Below are positions 37,489-45,806 of a DNA stretch of 64,000 nt, in pieces. A program made the position numbers and the translations under genes. The notes beneath the pieces are model-generated. The model saw only the letters and a list, made by a program, of their open reading frames with translations. It ran no database searches and was not told where the DNA came from. This stretch comes from an uncultured Gammaproteobacteria bacterium. Lineage in GTDB: Bacteria; Patescibacteriota; Microgenomatia; CAZXEC01. The DNA lies in assembly GCA_964639595.1 (NCBI GenBank), contig CAZXEC010000001.1:390903-454902 (forward strand), given 5' to 3'. How positions within the stretch are numbered: the stretch's first letter is position 1; each line of letters starts with the position of its first letter.

Positions 37489-38495
37489 AAAATATTAACG
37501 ACAAAAATATTTGGGAGAATTTCATCAGTCAATACCCGGAGGCTAATTTTTTACAATCCTGGAGTTGGGGAGAATTTCATCAAAACCTGGGAGCTACCAT
37601 TTTTAGAACCGGTTTTTTCCAAGACGAAAAATTAGCTGGAGTGATGCTATCAATAGTAGAAAAGGCAAAGCGAGGCCGCTACTTAACAGTTCCCGGCGGT
37701 CCTATTCTTAATTGGGATAATCAAGAGTTGGTAGACCATTTTGTACAACAACTTAAAAAATTAGCCCAAATCCAAAAATGTGTTTTTGTTCGCGTCCGGC
37801 CGCAACTTATAGCCAATACTTTTGCTAAAGAATTGTTTTCTTCTCATGGTTTTATCAATTCTCCAATGCACCTACATGCGGAACTGACTGTCCAATTAAA
37901 TCTCACCCAATCAGAAGGGGAATTATTGAAGCAGATGAGAAAAAACACCCGTTACGAAATTAAAAAAGCCGAATCTATAGGAATTGAAATAACTACCAGT
38001 CAAAAACCCGATTCGATTAAAGATTTTTACAATCTACAAATTATTACTGCCAAAAGACATCATTTTGTACCATTTTCTTTTGGTTTTCTACATGAACAAT
38101 TCCGTGTTTTTGCCCGGAATCAGCAAGCGCTGCTTTATCAAGCCAGCCTAAAAGGTCAGGTATTGGCGCAAGCCATGGTTATTTTCTGCGGATCGGAAGC
38201 TGTTTATCATTATGGGGCTAGCACAGAAGCAGGTCGAAAATATCCCGGTTCATATCTGATTCAGTGGGAGGCAATTAAGGAGGCTAAAAAAAGAGGTATA
38301 AGACGATACAATTTATGGGGGGTATCTCCCCTCAACCAAACAAAGCATAGATTTTATCGAATTTCTTTGTTTAAACGTGGCTTCGGTGGTGAAGAGATTG
38401 AATATCTTCATGCGCAAGACTTAGTCATCAACCGGGTCGGATACTGGGTTAACTATTTGGTAGAAACAATTAGAAAGATAATAAGGGGTCTCTAA
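37470..38495 (+). CDS. FemABX-family peptidoglycan bridge peptidyltransferase
   Basis: NFLQSWSWG, RKNTRYEIKKA, YHYGAS, YNLWG, FKRGFGG. Confidence 0.9.
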   Translation: MATITVKNINDKNIWENFISQYPEANFLQSWSWGEFHQNLGATIFRTGFFQDEKLAGVMLSIVEKAKRGRYLTVPGGPILNWDNQELVDHFVQQLKKLAQIQKCVFVRVRPQLIANTFAKELFSSHGFINSPMHLHAELTVQLNLTQSEGELLKQMRKNTRYEIKKAESIGIEITTSQKPDSIKDFYNLQIITAKRHHFVPFSFGFLHEQFRVFARNQQALLYQASLKGQVLAQAMVIFCGSEAVYHYGASTEAGRKYPGSYLIQWEAIKEAKKRGIRRYNLWGVSPLNQTKHRFYRISLFKRGFGGEEIEYLHAQDLVINRVGYWVNYLVETIRKIIRGL

Positions 38496-38513
38496 TTACA
38501 ATTGTGGTAAATC

Positions 38514-38912
38514 TTAACTGGTTTTTGGCAACAGCTCTTCTTTTTTGAGGTTGTCGCCGGCAGAATGAATAGTCACACTGCCGATGTATGGCATAAGAAA
38601 ACCTGTGATATTGCCTTGGGCGTCTCTGGAAAAACTATGATGAAAGTCCAGATTAGTGCCAGTTATAGTCAAATCCTTATCAGCTTCTTTCTCTTGCCAA
38701 AGTCGCCAGCCCTCTGGTGTTCTTCTAGCAATCCAGCCTAAATAAATGGACAAGAACCCCTTTTCTCCCGGACTTTTTTGATCTTTGGCTATTTCTACAT
38801 TAACAATAGGACCCCGAAAGATCTCTCCTGCCTCATGCTGTTCCAGATCCCGGCCCACCAGGCCTCGCAGCTCTTCTGTGATATTGGCCCTGTTCTCTAT
38901 TGTTGGATCCAT
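38514..38912 (-). CDS. Hypothetical protein
   Basis: 132-aa ORF with TTGACA-18 nt-TATCAT promoter on the minus strand, 8 nt before ATG. Confidence 0.7.
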   Translation of the reverse strand: MDPTIENRANITEELRGLVGRDLEQHEAGEIFRGPIVNVEIAKDQKSPGEKGFLSIYLGWIARRTPEGWRLWQEKEADKDLTITGTNLDFHHSFSRDAQGNITGFLMPYIGSVTIHSAGDNLKKEELLPKTS

Positions 38913-38989
38913 CAGACTTGATGATAGCTTCGCTGGTGCGCCTGTGTCAAATTTTGCCTTTGCTTAAGCTTTAGGTATAATATAAATAC

Positions 38990-39376
38990 ATGATCAGGCG
39001 CGTGTTCCATCGGGTGCGCCGGCATACCATTTCTTTCCAAAATGCCTTCTCAGGCTTGTGGTATGCCTATTCCACCCAGCCTAATTTTGCTGTTCATACT
39101 ATCGTGGCGATACTGGCGATTTTTTTGGGCTGGCGGTTGGCAATTGGTGAAACCGAGTGGTTGATTTTGACTTTTACCATAGTTTTAGTATTTGTGGCAG
39201 AAATGATCAATACTGCCCTGGAGTCAATCTGTGATCTGGTAACCCAGGAATGGCGGCAAAGCGCCAAAATTGCCAAAGATATATCAGCAGCCATGGTGCT
39301 GGTTGTTGCCATTGGCGCAGTCGTTGTGGGACTGGTTATTTTCGGAAAATATATAATGCTAATTCTTAATTCATAA
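38990..39376 (+). CDS. dgkA: DgkA-family (undecaprenol) kinase
   Basis: SFQNAFSG, AEMINTALESICD, AKIAKDISAA. Confidence 0.92.
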   Translation: MIRRVFHRVRRHTISFQNAFSGLWYAYSTQPNFAVHTIVAILAIFLGWRLAIGETEWLILTFTIVLVFVAEMINTALESICDLVTQEWRQSAKIAKDISAAMVLVVAIGAVVVGLVIFGKYIMLILNS

Positions 39377-39394
39377 TTCTGGATTCTTAATTAT
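39360..39394 (+). repeat. Heptamer array spanning the dgkA stop codon
   Basis: TAATTCT TAATTCA TAATTCT GGATTCT TAATTAT, 4 nt before mraY ATG. Confidence 0.8.
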
Positions 39395-39398
39395 AAAT

Positions 39399-40436
39399 AT
39401 GTTCGAACTTTTAAGCGTGGTTATTTTATCATTTGTTATTACTTCAATCTTGATTGTTCCCTATATTAATTTACTTTATAAATGGAAATTCCAAAGACGG
39501 GCCCAGACAACCTTGGATGTTTTCGAAAATCCCACGCCGATTTTTGACCGTCTGCATGCCTGGAAAAAAGGCACGCCGGTGGGTGGCGGATTGGTGGTAA
39601 TTTTGGTGGTGTCACTCTTGTCAGTCTTTAGTTTGCTACTTTTACAATCCCAGGAAAATCTGATCACTTCCCTGTATCCGTTTTGGAAAGAAACTTTATT
39701 ACTATTTTTTACCTTTATCTCATTTGGACTGTTGGGCCTTTATGATGATTTGATAAAAACTTTCGGTTTTACCAGGACCATGTTTTGGGGTTTGAGAATG
39801 CGTCATAAGCTAATTCTTCAAGTGGTCTTGGCGGTGTTTATTGCTTGGCTGTTGTATGCCGGGCTGGGGATAAATTTAGTGAATGTTCCCGGCTTTGGCC
39901 CGGTGGTATTGGGCCTCTGGTATATTCCCTTGGCTGCCTTTATCATTATTGCTTTTGCCAATGCTTTTAATATTACCGATGGTCTGGATGGGCTGGCTGC
40001 CGGCCTGTTGCTGATTTGTCTGGTGGTATTGCTGATTTTATCAAATACGGTTCTGGATACTGTGCTGTCTATTTTTATCGGAGCTTGGTTGGGATCTCTG
40101 GTGGCGTTTTTATATTTTAATGTCTACCCGGCCAGAATTTGGATGGGTGATGTGGGAGCGATGGCCTTCGGCGCCACCCTGGGGTTATTGGGCCTGCTGT
40201 TGGGTAAAGTTATTGCTTTGGCGGTGGTTGGCGGAGTTTTTATTGTTGAGGTTGGTTCATCTCTATTGCAGCTTTTGTCTAAAAAATTTCTTGGCAAGAA
40301 ACTTTTTCCGGTGGCTCCGGTTCACATCCTGTTCCAAAACATGGGTTGGGAAGAGCCCAAAGTGGTCGCCAGATTTTGGCTGGCAGGCTGCATGTTTGCT
40401 ATTTTGGGATTATGGCTGACGCTGTTGAAAGGATAA
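39399..40436 (+). CDS. mraY: Phospho-MurNAc-pentapeptide transferase
   Basis: KKGTPVGGG, YDD, NITDGLDG, WMGDVG, APVH. Confidence 0.96.
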   Translation: MFELLSVVILSFVITSILIVPYINLLYKWKFQRRAQTTLDVFENPTPIFDRLHAWKKGTPVGGGLVVILVVSLLSVFSLLLLQSQENLITSLYPFWKETLLLFFTFISFGLLGLYDDLIKTFGFTRTMFWGLRMRHKLILQVVLAVFIAWLLYAGLGINLVNVPGFGPVVLGLWYIPLAAFIIIAFANAFNITDGLDGLAAGLLLICLVVLLILSNTVLDTVLSIFIGAWLGSLVAFLYFNVYPARIWMGDVGAMAFGATLGLLGLLLGKVIALAVVGGVFIVEVGSSLLQLLSKKFLGKKLFPVAPVHILFQNMGWEEPKVVARFWLAGCMFAILGLWLTLLKG

Positions 40437-41816
40437 ATGGGCTTTGCTGGTAAAAAAGTAGCAGTTTTAGGTTTAGGAATAGAAGGCCTTTCCACTGTGG
40501 AGTGGCTGCAAAAACAGGGAGCTGATATCACAATACTTGATCAGAAGACAGAAGATCAATTAGCAGGAAATGTGGGGGAAAAAATAACCAGTTGGAAGTT
40601 AGAGCCTATTCTGGGACCTAAGTATTTAGATAGTTTAGACCAATTTGATGTGATTGTCAGGTCCCCCGGCATCAGACCGGATTTGCCACCTCTTTTGGCA
40701 GCAGCCAAAAAAGGAGTAAAGATCACCTCTCAAACAAAATTATTTTTCGATTTATGTCAGGCACCGATTATTGGGGTGACAGGTACCAAAGGTAAGGGCA
40801 CCACGGCCACTTTAATTTACGAAATATTAAAAGCCGTCGGTAAAAAAGTTTTTTTAGGCGGAAATATTGGCCGGCCGCCGCTGGATTTTTTGGATGATGT
40901 GACAGGAGATTCCTGGGTGATTCTGGAATTATCCAGTTTTCAGCTGATGGATCTGACCAAAAGCCCCCATATAGGGGTGGTGCTAATGGTGACTAGCGAA
41001 CACTTAGACTGGCATAAGAATACTCAAGAATATTTATCGGCCAAAGAGCCAGTTGTTTCCTACCAGACAAATAACGACTTTGCGGTAATTGCCCAGGATT
41101 ATCCCAACAGTATGTATTATGCTTCCCAAACCAGAGGACAAGTTTTTATCTTTTCCCGCCTTGCCAAAGTTGACCATGGAGTATGGGTAGAAAAAGACAG
41201 TTTTTGGTACAGTGATGGTGATATTAAGCAAAAAATCATGCCGATTGGCGGCGTGGCATTACCGGGCCGACATAATTGGGATAATGTGGCAGCCGCCATT
41301 TGCGTGGCTAAGATTTTATCGATTGACAATAAAGTAATTGGTCGGGCCATTGCCAATTTTAAGGGCTTGGAGCATCGGCTGGAAAAAGTGGCAGAGGTCG
41401 CCGGCGTTACTTATTATAATGATTCTTTTTCCACCACTCCGGAAACTACCATTGCCGCCATTGCCGCTTTTGATCGGCCGGAGATTCTCATTTTAGGCGG
41501 CTCATCCAAAGGATCAGATTTTAGAAAATTAGGTCAGGTTATCAAAAACAGTCAGAACGTCAAAGCCATCATCGGCATAGGAGTGGAATGGCCCACAATT
41601 AAAAAAGCAGTCAGCAGTCAGCTACCAGCTATCAGCTTTATTGAAGATTGCAAAGATATGAAGCAAGTAGTCCAGGCCGCCTCTAAAATTGCTCAACCTG
41701 GCGACGTGGTGTTGCTGTCTCCGGCTTGCGCCAGTTTTGACATGTTCAAAAACTATAAAATTAGGGGTGAACAATTCAAAGAAGAAGTTTTATCATTGAA
41801 GAAGATAAAATCATAG
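40437..41816 (+). CDS. murD: UDP-MurNAc-L-Ala--D-glutamate ligase
   Basis: GVTGTKGKGTT, ELSSFQL, NDSFST, LSPACASFD. Confidence 0.96.
   Translation: MGFAGKKVAVLGLGIEGLSTVEWLQKQGADITILDQKTEDQLAGNVGEKITSWKLEPILGPKYLDSLDQFDVIVRSPGIRPDLPPLLAAAKKGVKITSQTKLFFDLCQAPIIGVTGTKGKGTTATLIYEILKAVGKKVFLGGNIGRPPLDFLDDVTGDSWVILELSSFQLMDLTKSPHIGVVLMVTSEHLDWHKNTQEYLSAKEPVVSYQTNNDFAVIAQDYPNSMYYASQTRGQVFIFSRLAKVDHGVWVEKDSFWYSDGDIKQKIMPIGGVALPGRHNWDNVAAAICVAKILSIDNKVIGRAIANFKGLEHRLEKVAEVAGVTYYNDSFSTTPETTIAAIAAFDRPEILILGGSSKGSDFRKLGQVIKNSQNVKAIIGIGVEWPTIKKAVSSQLPAISFIEDCKDMKQVVQAASKIAQPGDVVLLSPACASFDMFKNYKIRGEQFKEEVLSLKKIKS
41606..41640 (+). repeat. Heptamer array in-frame in murD
   Basis: AGCAGTC AGCAGTC AGCTACC AGCTATC AGCTTTA; encodes AVSSQLPAISF. 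Confidence 0.75.
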
Positions 41817-41825
41817 ATTAAATAT

Positions 41826-43313
41826 ATGGATCAAATAAAAACTGAAACAACAGAAGTGCAACAGCCAACAGTCGAAGCTTCAAAAGCCTCTGTTGTCGGT
41901 ATTGGTGAGCAGTTTTTGAAAGACCTGCAGGAAAAAGGCTTAGCCTTGCAAACTCCCCTTGAAGTAGTGGGGGAGATTGCTAAGGATTATGCTACTAATG
42001 AGACCGGATCTCCTTCGCTGTTTGAAAAAATCCAGAGCCAAAAAGAAGCGCCTGATGGTTATCTGGTAGGTATTGGCGCCGGCAATGTTTTTTCTATGCT
42101 GGAAGCTTTTCCTGAAGGTCAATTACCCAAGGCCATCTTGCTATTTGATATAAATTATGAGGCAGTCGCGTCCGGTCAGGCATTAATTGAGAAATTAAAG
42201 CGCGGTGAGCCATGTCCTTATACTTCAGCAGTAACTTATACCAATATTGATAAGAATGTTTTTACCGAAGATCTCCCTGCCAATATTAAATTCGCCTGGA
42301 TAAAATATTGGCCTACTCTTACCAAACTTGCTCAAGCAGGAAACCTAGCGATTGCTCAAGTAGATTTTGCCAATCCGGAACTGATGAATCTATTGGCAAA
42401 CCTGCCGCAATTTAAAGATTCCAACAATGTTGTCTATCTTTCCAATATTGCGGATCATATTTGGAGAAGAAAGCCGGTTGTTGTACCTGATCTTGGCTTC
42501 TTAAGGATACTAACGCCTGATTTTCCCCATAACAACTATTATATTGATACTTTACTCTCCAGCCTAGATTATCGCTTAAGAGCCAGTACCCATCCTCCAG
42601 AATTTTCCCGGACTGATTTTTCCGACTTTTTCCAGCCGGTCAGGTTCCAAACCAGGCCGATTGATGAAGTTGATGGCCCTGTTCAAGAAAATCCACTGCG
42701 GGACGATTTACAGTCGTGGACCCTTGAGCATTTGGTTGGTTCGTATACCAGCTTAGATAATTCTAAACGGCACCAAGCGAGGAAGGAATTTATCGGCCGT
42801 CGTATTAGTGAAATGAGGAACAACACCAGAGACACATATGATGAATACAAAAAGCGTCCGCAGTCGGGAAAAGTAACAGATAACATTGAAATAAAATATC
42901 AGTTCCCTGCGGGTCCCGAGGAAGAAGCAAAACTTTTAGAGGAGCTAAGGCAGCCTTACAATTATGATTGCGATTTCATCCCATTTTTAGCAAACTATTT
43001 TTGGGCCAATGCCCAAAGTCCCGAAGAATTTATGATAGAAAAATTACCAGAAGTTTTCTTTAAAGATAGCGCCAGCGGTGCCAGCTATTATATTTACGAT
43101 CCCAGAGCTAGTCAAAAAGGCCGGGTGGAGATAGGTTTGCTTAGAAGCGGTATATATTATGAACAGTTGGCGATGGCCAAAATTTATCAGGAGGTCAAAA
43201 AAAGAGTACTGCAAAAAAATCCCGATATTGATGTATCCGGGAAAACTTTTCCGGAACTGGTTGACCGGCTGCAATTTGGCCGACCGGCCAAAGCTGGGGC
43301 ATCTATGCTATGA
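41826..43313 (+). CDS. Hypothetical protein, possible SAM-binding Rossmann fold in N-terminal half
   Basis: LVGIGAGNV...LLFDIN...VVYLSNIAD spacing resembles class I methyltransferase motifs. Confidence 0.6.
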   Translation: MDQIKTETTEVQQPTVEASKASVVGIGEQFLKDLQEKGLALQTPLEVVGEIAKDYATNETGSPSLFEKIQSQKEAPDGYLVGIGAGNVFSMLEAFPEGQLPKAILLFDINYEAVASGQALIEKLKRGEPCPYTSAVTYTNIDKNVFTEDLPANIKFAWIKYWPTLTKLAQAGNLAIAQVDFANPELMNLLANLPQFKDSNNVVYLSNIADHIWRRKPVVVPDLGFLRILTPDFPHNNYYIDTLLSSLDYRLRASTHPPEFSRTDFSDFFQPVRFQTRPIDEVDGPVQENPLRDDLQSWTLEHLVGSYTSLDNSKRHQARKEFIGRRISEMRNNTRDTYDEYKKRPQSGKVTDNIEIKYQFPAGPEEEAKLLEELRQPYNYDCDFIPFLANYFWANAQSPEEFMIEKLPEVFFKDSASGASYYIYDPRASQKGRVEIGLLRSGIYYEQLAMAKIYQEVKKRVLQKNPDIDVSGKTFPELVDRLQFGRPAKAGASML

Positions 43314-43404
43314 AGACAAGGAAAGAGATTACTTCTAATTTTGTTGTTTACGCATTCCTTATTTTATTCTTGCTCAATTTTAACCATAGTACTATAATAT
43401 TGTA

Positions 43405-43791
43405 ATGAGTAAGAAGTCATCTAGCTCATGTTGTTTAGATGTTATTGATTACAATAAGAATAGGATTATATTTCATGAAAAACGCCGTAAGGAAAAAGCG
43501 AATACACACGTAGATTTAGATGATTTAAGTCCGAATGGATTTGTTAAGAAAAGCATACCAGAAGCATTGGTAGATCCAGATGTAATTTGGGAAGACTTGA
43601 CAAACCCCAAGATAAGGAATTATTATAAACTTAACTATTATCAAAAAACAAGATTCTCCAGGTTTAATTTATATACGAAAGTAGTTGTTGGAACATGGGA
43701 CAAACCATGGTTTATATTAACTGCATACCAACCTCAAAACATAAAAGAAGAGAAGGGAGATACTAAAAAATGTCTATACCAAAAGCAATAA
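43405..43791 (+). CDS. Putative BECR/RelE-like nuclease (PBECR2-like) toxin
   Basis: Basic 128 aa; EALVDPDVIWED..RNYYK..YTKVVV..FILTAY; AT-rich; own TTGCTC-17 nt-TATAAT promoter. Confidence 0.55.
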   Translation: MSKKSSSSCCLDVIDYNKNRIIFHEKRRKEKANTHVDLDDLSPNGFVKKSIPEALVDPDVIWEDLTNPKIRNYYKLNYYQKTRFSRFNLYTKVVVGTWDKPWFILTAYQPQNIKEEKGDTKKCLYQKQ

Positions 43792-44213
43792 ACATTATTC
43801 AAAAACTTAATCCTAAAAAACTTAGGGAGAGTATCTATAGGCTTCCAAATATAGCTAGGGAAGAAAAGTGGAGATTATCATATGATAAGTTGATAGATGC
43901 TTTATATTTCACTCCTTCTATTGTTGCCCGAGACGCTGTGTTATTCAATGTAACCAATGAATTTGCTATTTATGTTAATAAAAATTCTAAAATTGAAGGA
44001 TTATTCATTGAAAATTTTAAGGCAAACTTTGTCCGACATAATGCTTCCTTTGAAGAACTACTTGAGGTATTAAACAAAAATATTGATGATATTTATGTTG
44101 CAAGAGATAAAAATAGATCAGAGTTATATGAAAAAGCATTAGAAGCGAATTTTCTAGAACTTATAAATAACAACAATAATTTGTTAACAGGAGCTAAATT
44201 TTTGAGCACATGA
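43770..44213 (+). CDS. DUF2283-like putative antitoxin
   Basis: LSYDKLIDALYF...AIYVNKNSKIEGLFIENF resembles the DUF2283 pattern; overlaps upstream ORF by 22 nt. Confidence 0.55.
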   Translation: MSIPKAINIIQKLNPKKLRESIYRLPNIAREEKWRLSYDKLIDALYFTPSIVARDAVLFNVTNEFAIYVNKNSKIEGLFIENFKANFVRHNASFEELLEVLNKNIDDIYVARDKNRSELYEKALEANFLELINNNNNLLTGAKFLST

Positions 44214-44310
44214 AGACATTCTCTCAATTGAGGAAAAAAGATAACGGATGGAAAGCCTGATTTGAAAAAGGTAGTTGTGATGGTTCTAAAAGGGGTTTAC
44301 AATAGCTTCT

Positions 44311-44499
44311 ATGAAAGTAGATTTTGGATGGCAAATCTTTAGATTTATATTCTTCATATTTTGCTTATTTTTAGGCTATCTGCTTTTAAGAACCTATCAC
44401 GATTCAGGATCTCAAACTGTTATCACTATAGTTTTTGCCTTTGCTTGGCTATATTTCTGGTTAAAAGCCTTCCAGTACATTTCCTACAAAAATCCTTAG
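44311..44499 (+). CDS. Small two-TM membrane protein
   Basis: 62 aa with two hydrophobic helices; TACAAT 7 nt before ATG. Confidence 0.6.
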   Translation: MKVDFGWQIFRFIFFIFCLFLGYLLLRTYHDSGSQTVITIVFAFAWLYFWLKAFQYISYKNP

Positions 44500-44534
44500 T
44501 CGCCACTTTTCCTAAACTTTTTCATTTCTAGCTC

Positions 44535-44563
44535 TTGACAAGGTTTTTAGTCAGTGATATATA
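44535..44563 (+). promoter_or_regulatory. Near-consensus sigma70 promoter
   Basis: TTGACA-17 nt-TATATA with extended -10 TG. Confidence 0.7.
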
Positions 44564-44570
44564 AATATTC

Positions 44571-44640
44571 GACCAAAGCTGGGCAACCAACTTTGAGTCA
44601 AGAAGCCCATGCGCCTCTAAGGAGTGTGGGCTTCTTTTTT
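44571..44640 (+). ncRNA. Candidate ~70-nt structured small RNA or attenuator leader upstream of ftsW
   Basis: GNRA-capped hairpin GACCAAAGCUGG-GCAA-CCAACUUUGAGUC begins at the predicted TSS and is followed directly by a terminator hairpin and U-tract. Confidence 0.55.
44600..44640 (+). terminator. Intrinsic terminator
   Basis: AAGAAGCCCATGC...GTGTGGGCTTCTT 13-bp stem (2 G-U) running into a T-tract. Confidence 0.8.
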
Positions 44641-44690
44641 GCCTCAAATCCCTAGATTTTAGTATAATAGTTTGGTTCAACAAACCAGCT

Positions 44691-45806
44691 ATGCAATTTT
44701 CCAGACGCAAAAGCCCAAAGTCAGAGCCCAAATTTGCCAAGTCCGCTGACAGCTGGCTGATTGCCTCGGCCTTGGTTTTGACAATATTCGGTCTGGTGAT
44801 GATTTATGACTCTTCTGTGGTGGCGGCACAACGGGATTTTGGCGACCAATACTGGTATGTTAAAAATCAGGCAATTTGGAGTGTGCTGGGAGCCTTGGCT
44901 TTAATTTTAGGTGCTAAAATAGATTATCATCTGTGGAGGAGATGGGCCCTGCCGATTGTGGGTCTGGCCCTGGTGTTACTTTTGGCAGTCCTTATCCCTA
45001 GTCTGTCTTATAGCGCTTATGGCGCTTCCAGGTGGTTAGATTTAGGCGTGGTAAAGTTCCAGCCTTCAGAACTTATTAAAATTGCCTCTATTTTTTACCT
45101 GGCGGCAATATTTGAAAAACGGACCCGCGTTGGCCCATTTATGCTGCTTATTATTTTAGTTACTTTTGTTACTGCCATCCTGCAAAAAGACTTGGGTACT
45201 ACTTTGATATTTTTGTCCATTGCTGCTACTGTCTATTTCATAGCTGGAGCTCCATTATGGCATTTTGCTGTTATGATTCCTTTTGCTCTGGTGACAATTT
45301 TTGGTTTGATAAAATTATTCCCGCATCGTTTGTTGCGCATCACTACTTTTTTTAACAGTTCATCTGATCCTCAAGGGGCCTCATATCACATCAATCAGAT
45401 TTTGATCGCTTTGGGTAGTGGTGGTATATTCGGACTAGGGTTAGGGCAGTCCAGGCAGAAGTTTGGTTATTTACCGGAAGCAACCACTGACTCTATTTTT
45501 GCCATTGTGGCAGAAGAGCTGGGATTTGTTGGCGCCTCGCTGATAATTGGCGTATTATTATTTTTGATTTTTAGAGGATTTATTATAGTCATGAGCGCTC
45601 CAGATAGGTTTGGCAGGTTATTAGGGGCAGGAATAATCAGCTTAATTGGTTTTCAAACCATGATAAATTTATCATCGATGGTGGCACTGGTTCCTCTAAC
45701 CGGGGTGCCTCTGCCATTTATATCATACGGGGGATCAGCTTTGGTTGTTAACCTGGCTGCAGTCGGGATACTGGCTAATATCTCCAAGCAGAAAGAAATT
45801 TCATGA
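44691..45806 (+). CDS. ftsW: SEDS peptidoglycan polymerase FtsW
   Basis: GASRW, FQPSELIK, QKDLGT, LPEATTDSIF, PLPFISYGGS; precedes murG. Confidence 0.95.
   Translation: MQFSRRKSPKSEPKFAKSADSWLIASALVLTIFGLVMIYDSSVVAAQRDFGDQYWYVKNQAIWSVLGALALILGAKIDYHLWRRWALPIVGLALVLLLAVLIPSLSYSAYGASRWLDLGVVKFQPSELIKIASIFYLAAIFEKRTRVGPFMLLIILVTFVTAILQKDLGTTLIFLSIAATVYFIAGAPLWHFAVMIPFALVTIFGLIKLFPHRLLRITTFFNSSSDPQGASYHINQILIALGSGGIFGLGLGQSRQKFGYLPEATTDSIFAIVAEELGFVGASLIIGVLLFLIFRGFIIVMSAPDRFGRLLGAGIISLIGFQTMINLSSMVALVPLTGVPLPFISYGGSALVVNLAAVGILANISKQKEIS

Noticed and set aside
44528-44740. 70-aa minus-strand ORF across the ftsW leader
   Set aside because: Overlaps the plus-strand promoter, hairpins and ftsW start; no coding features.
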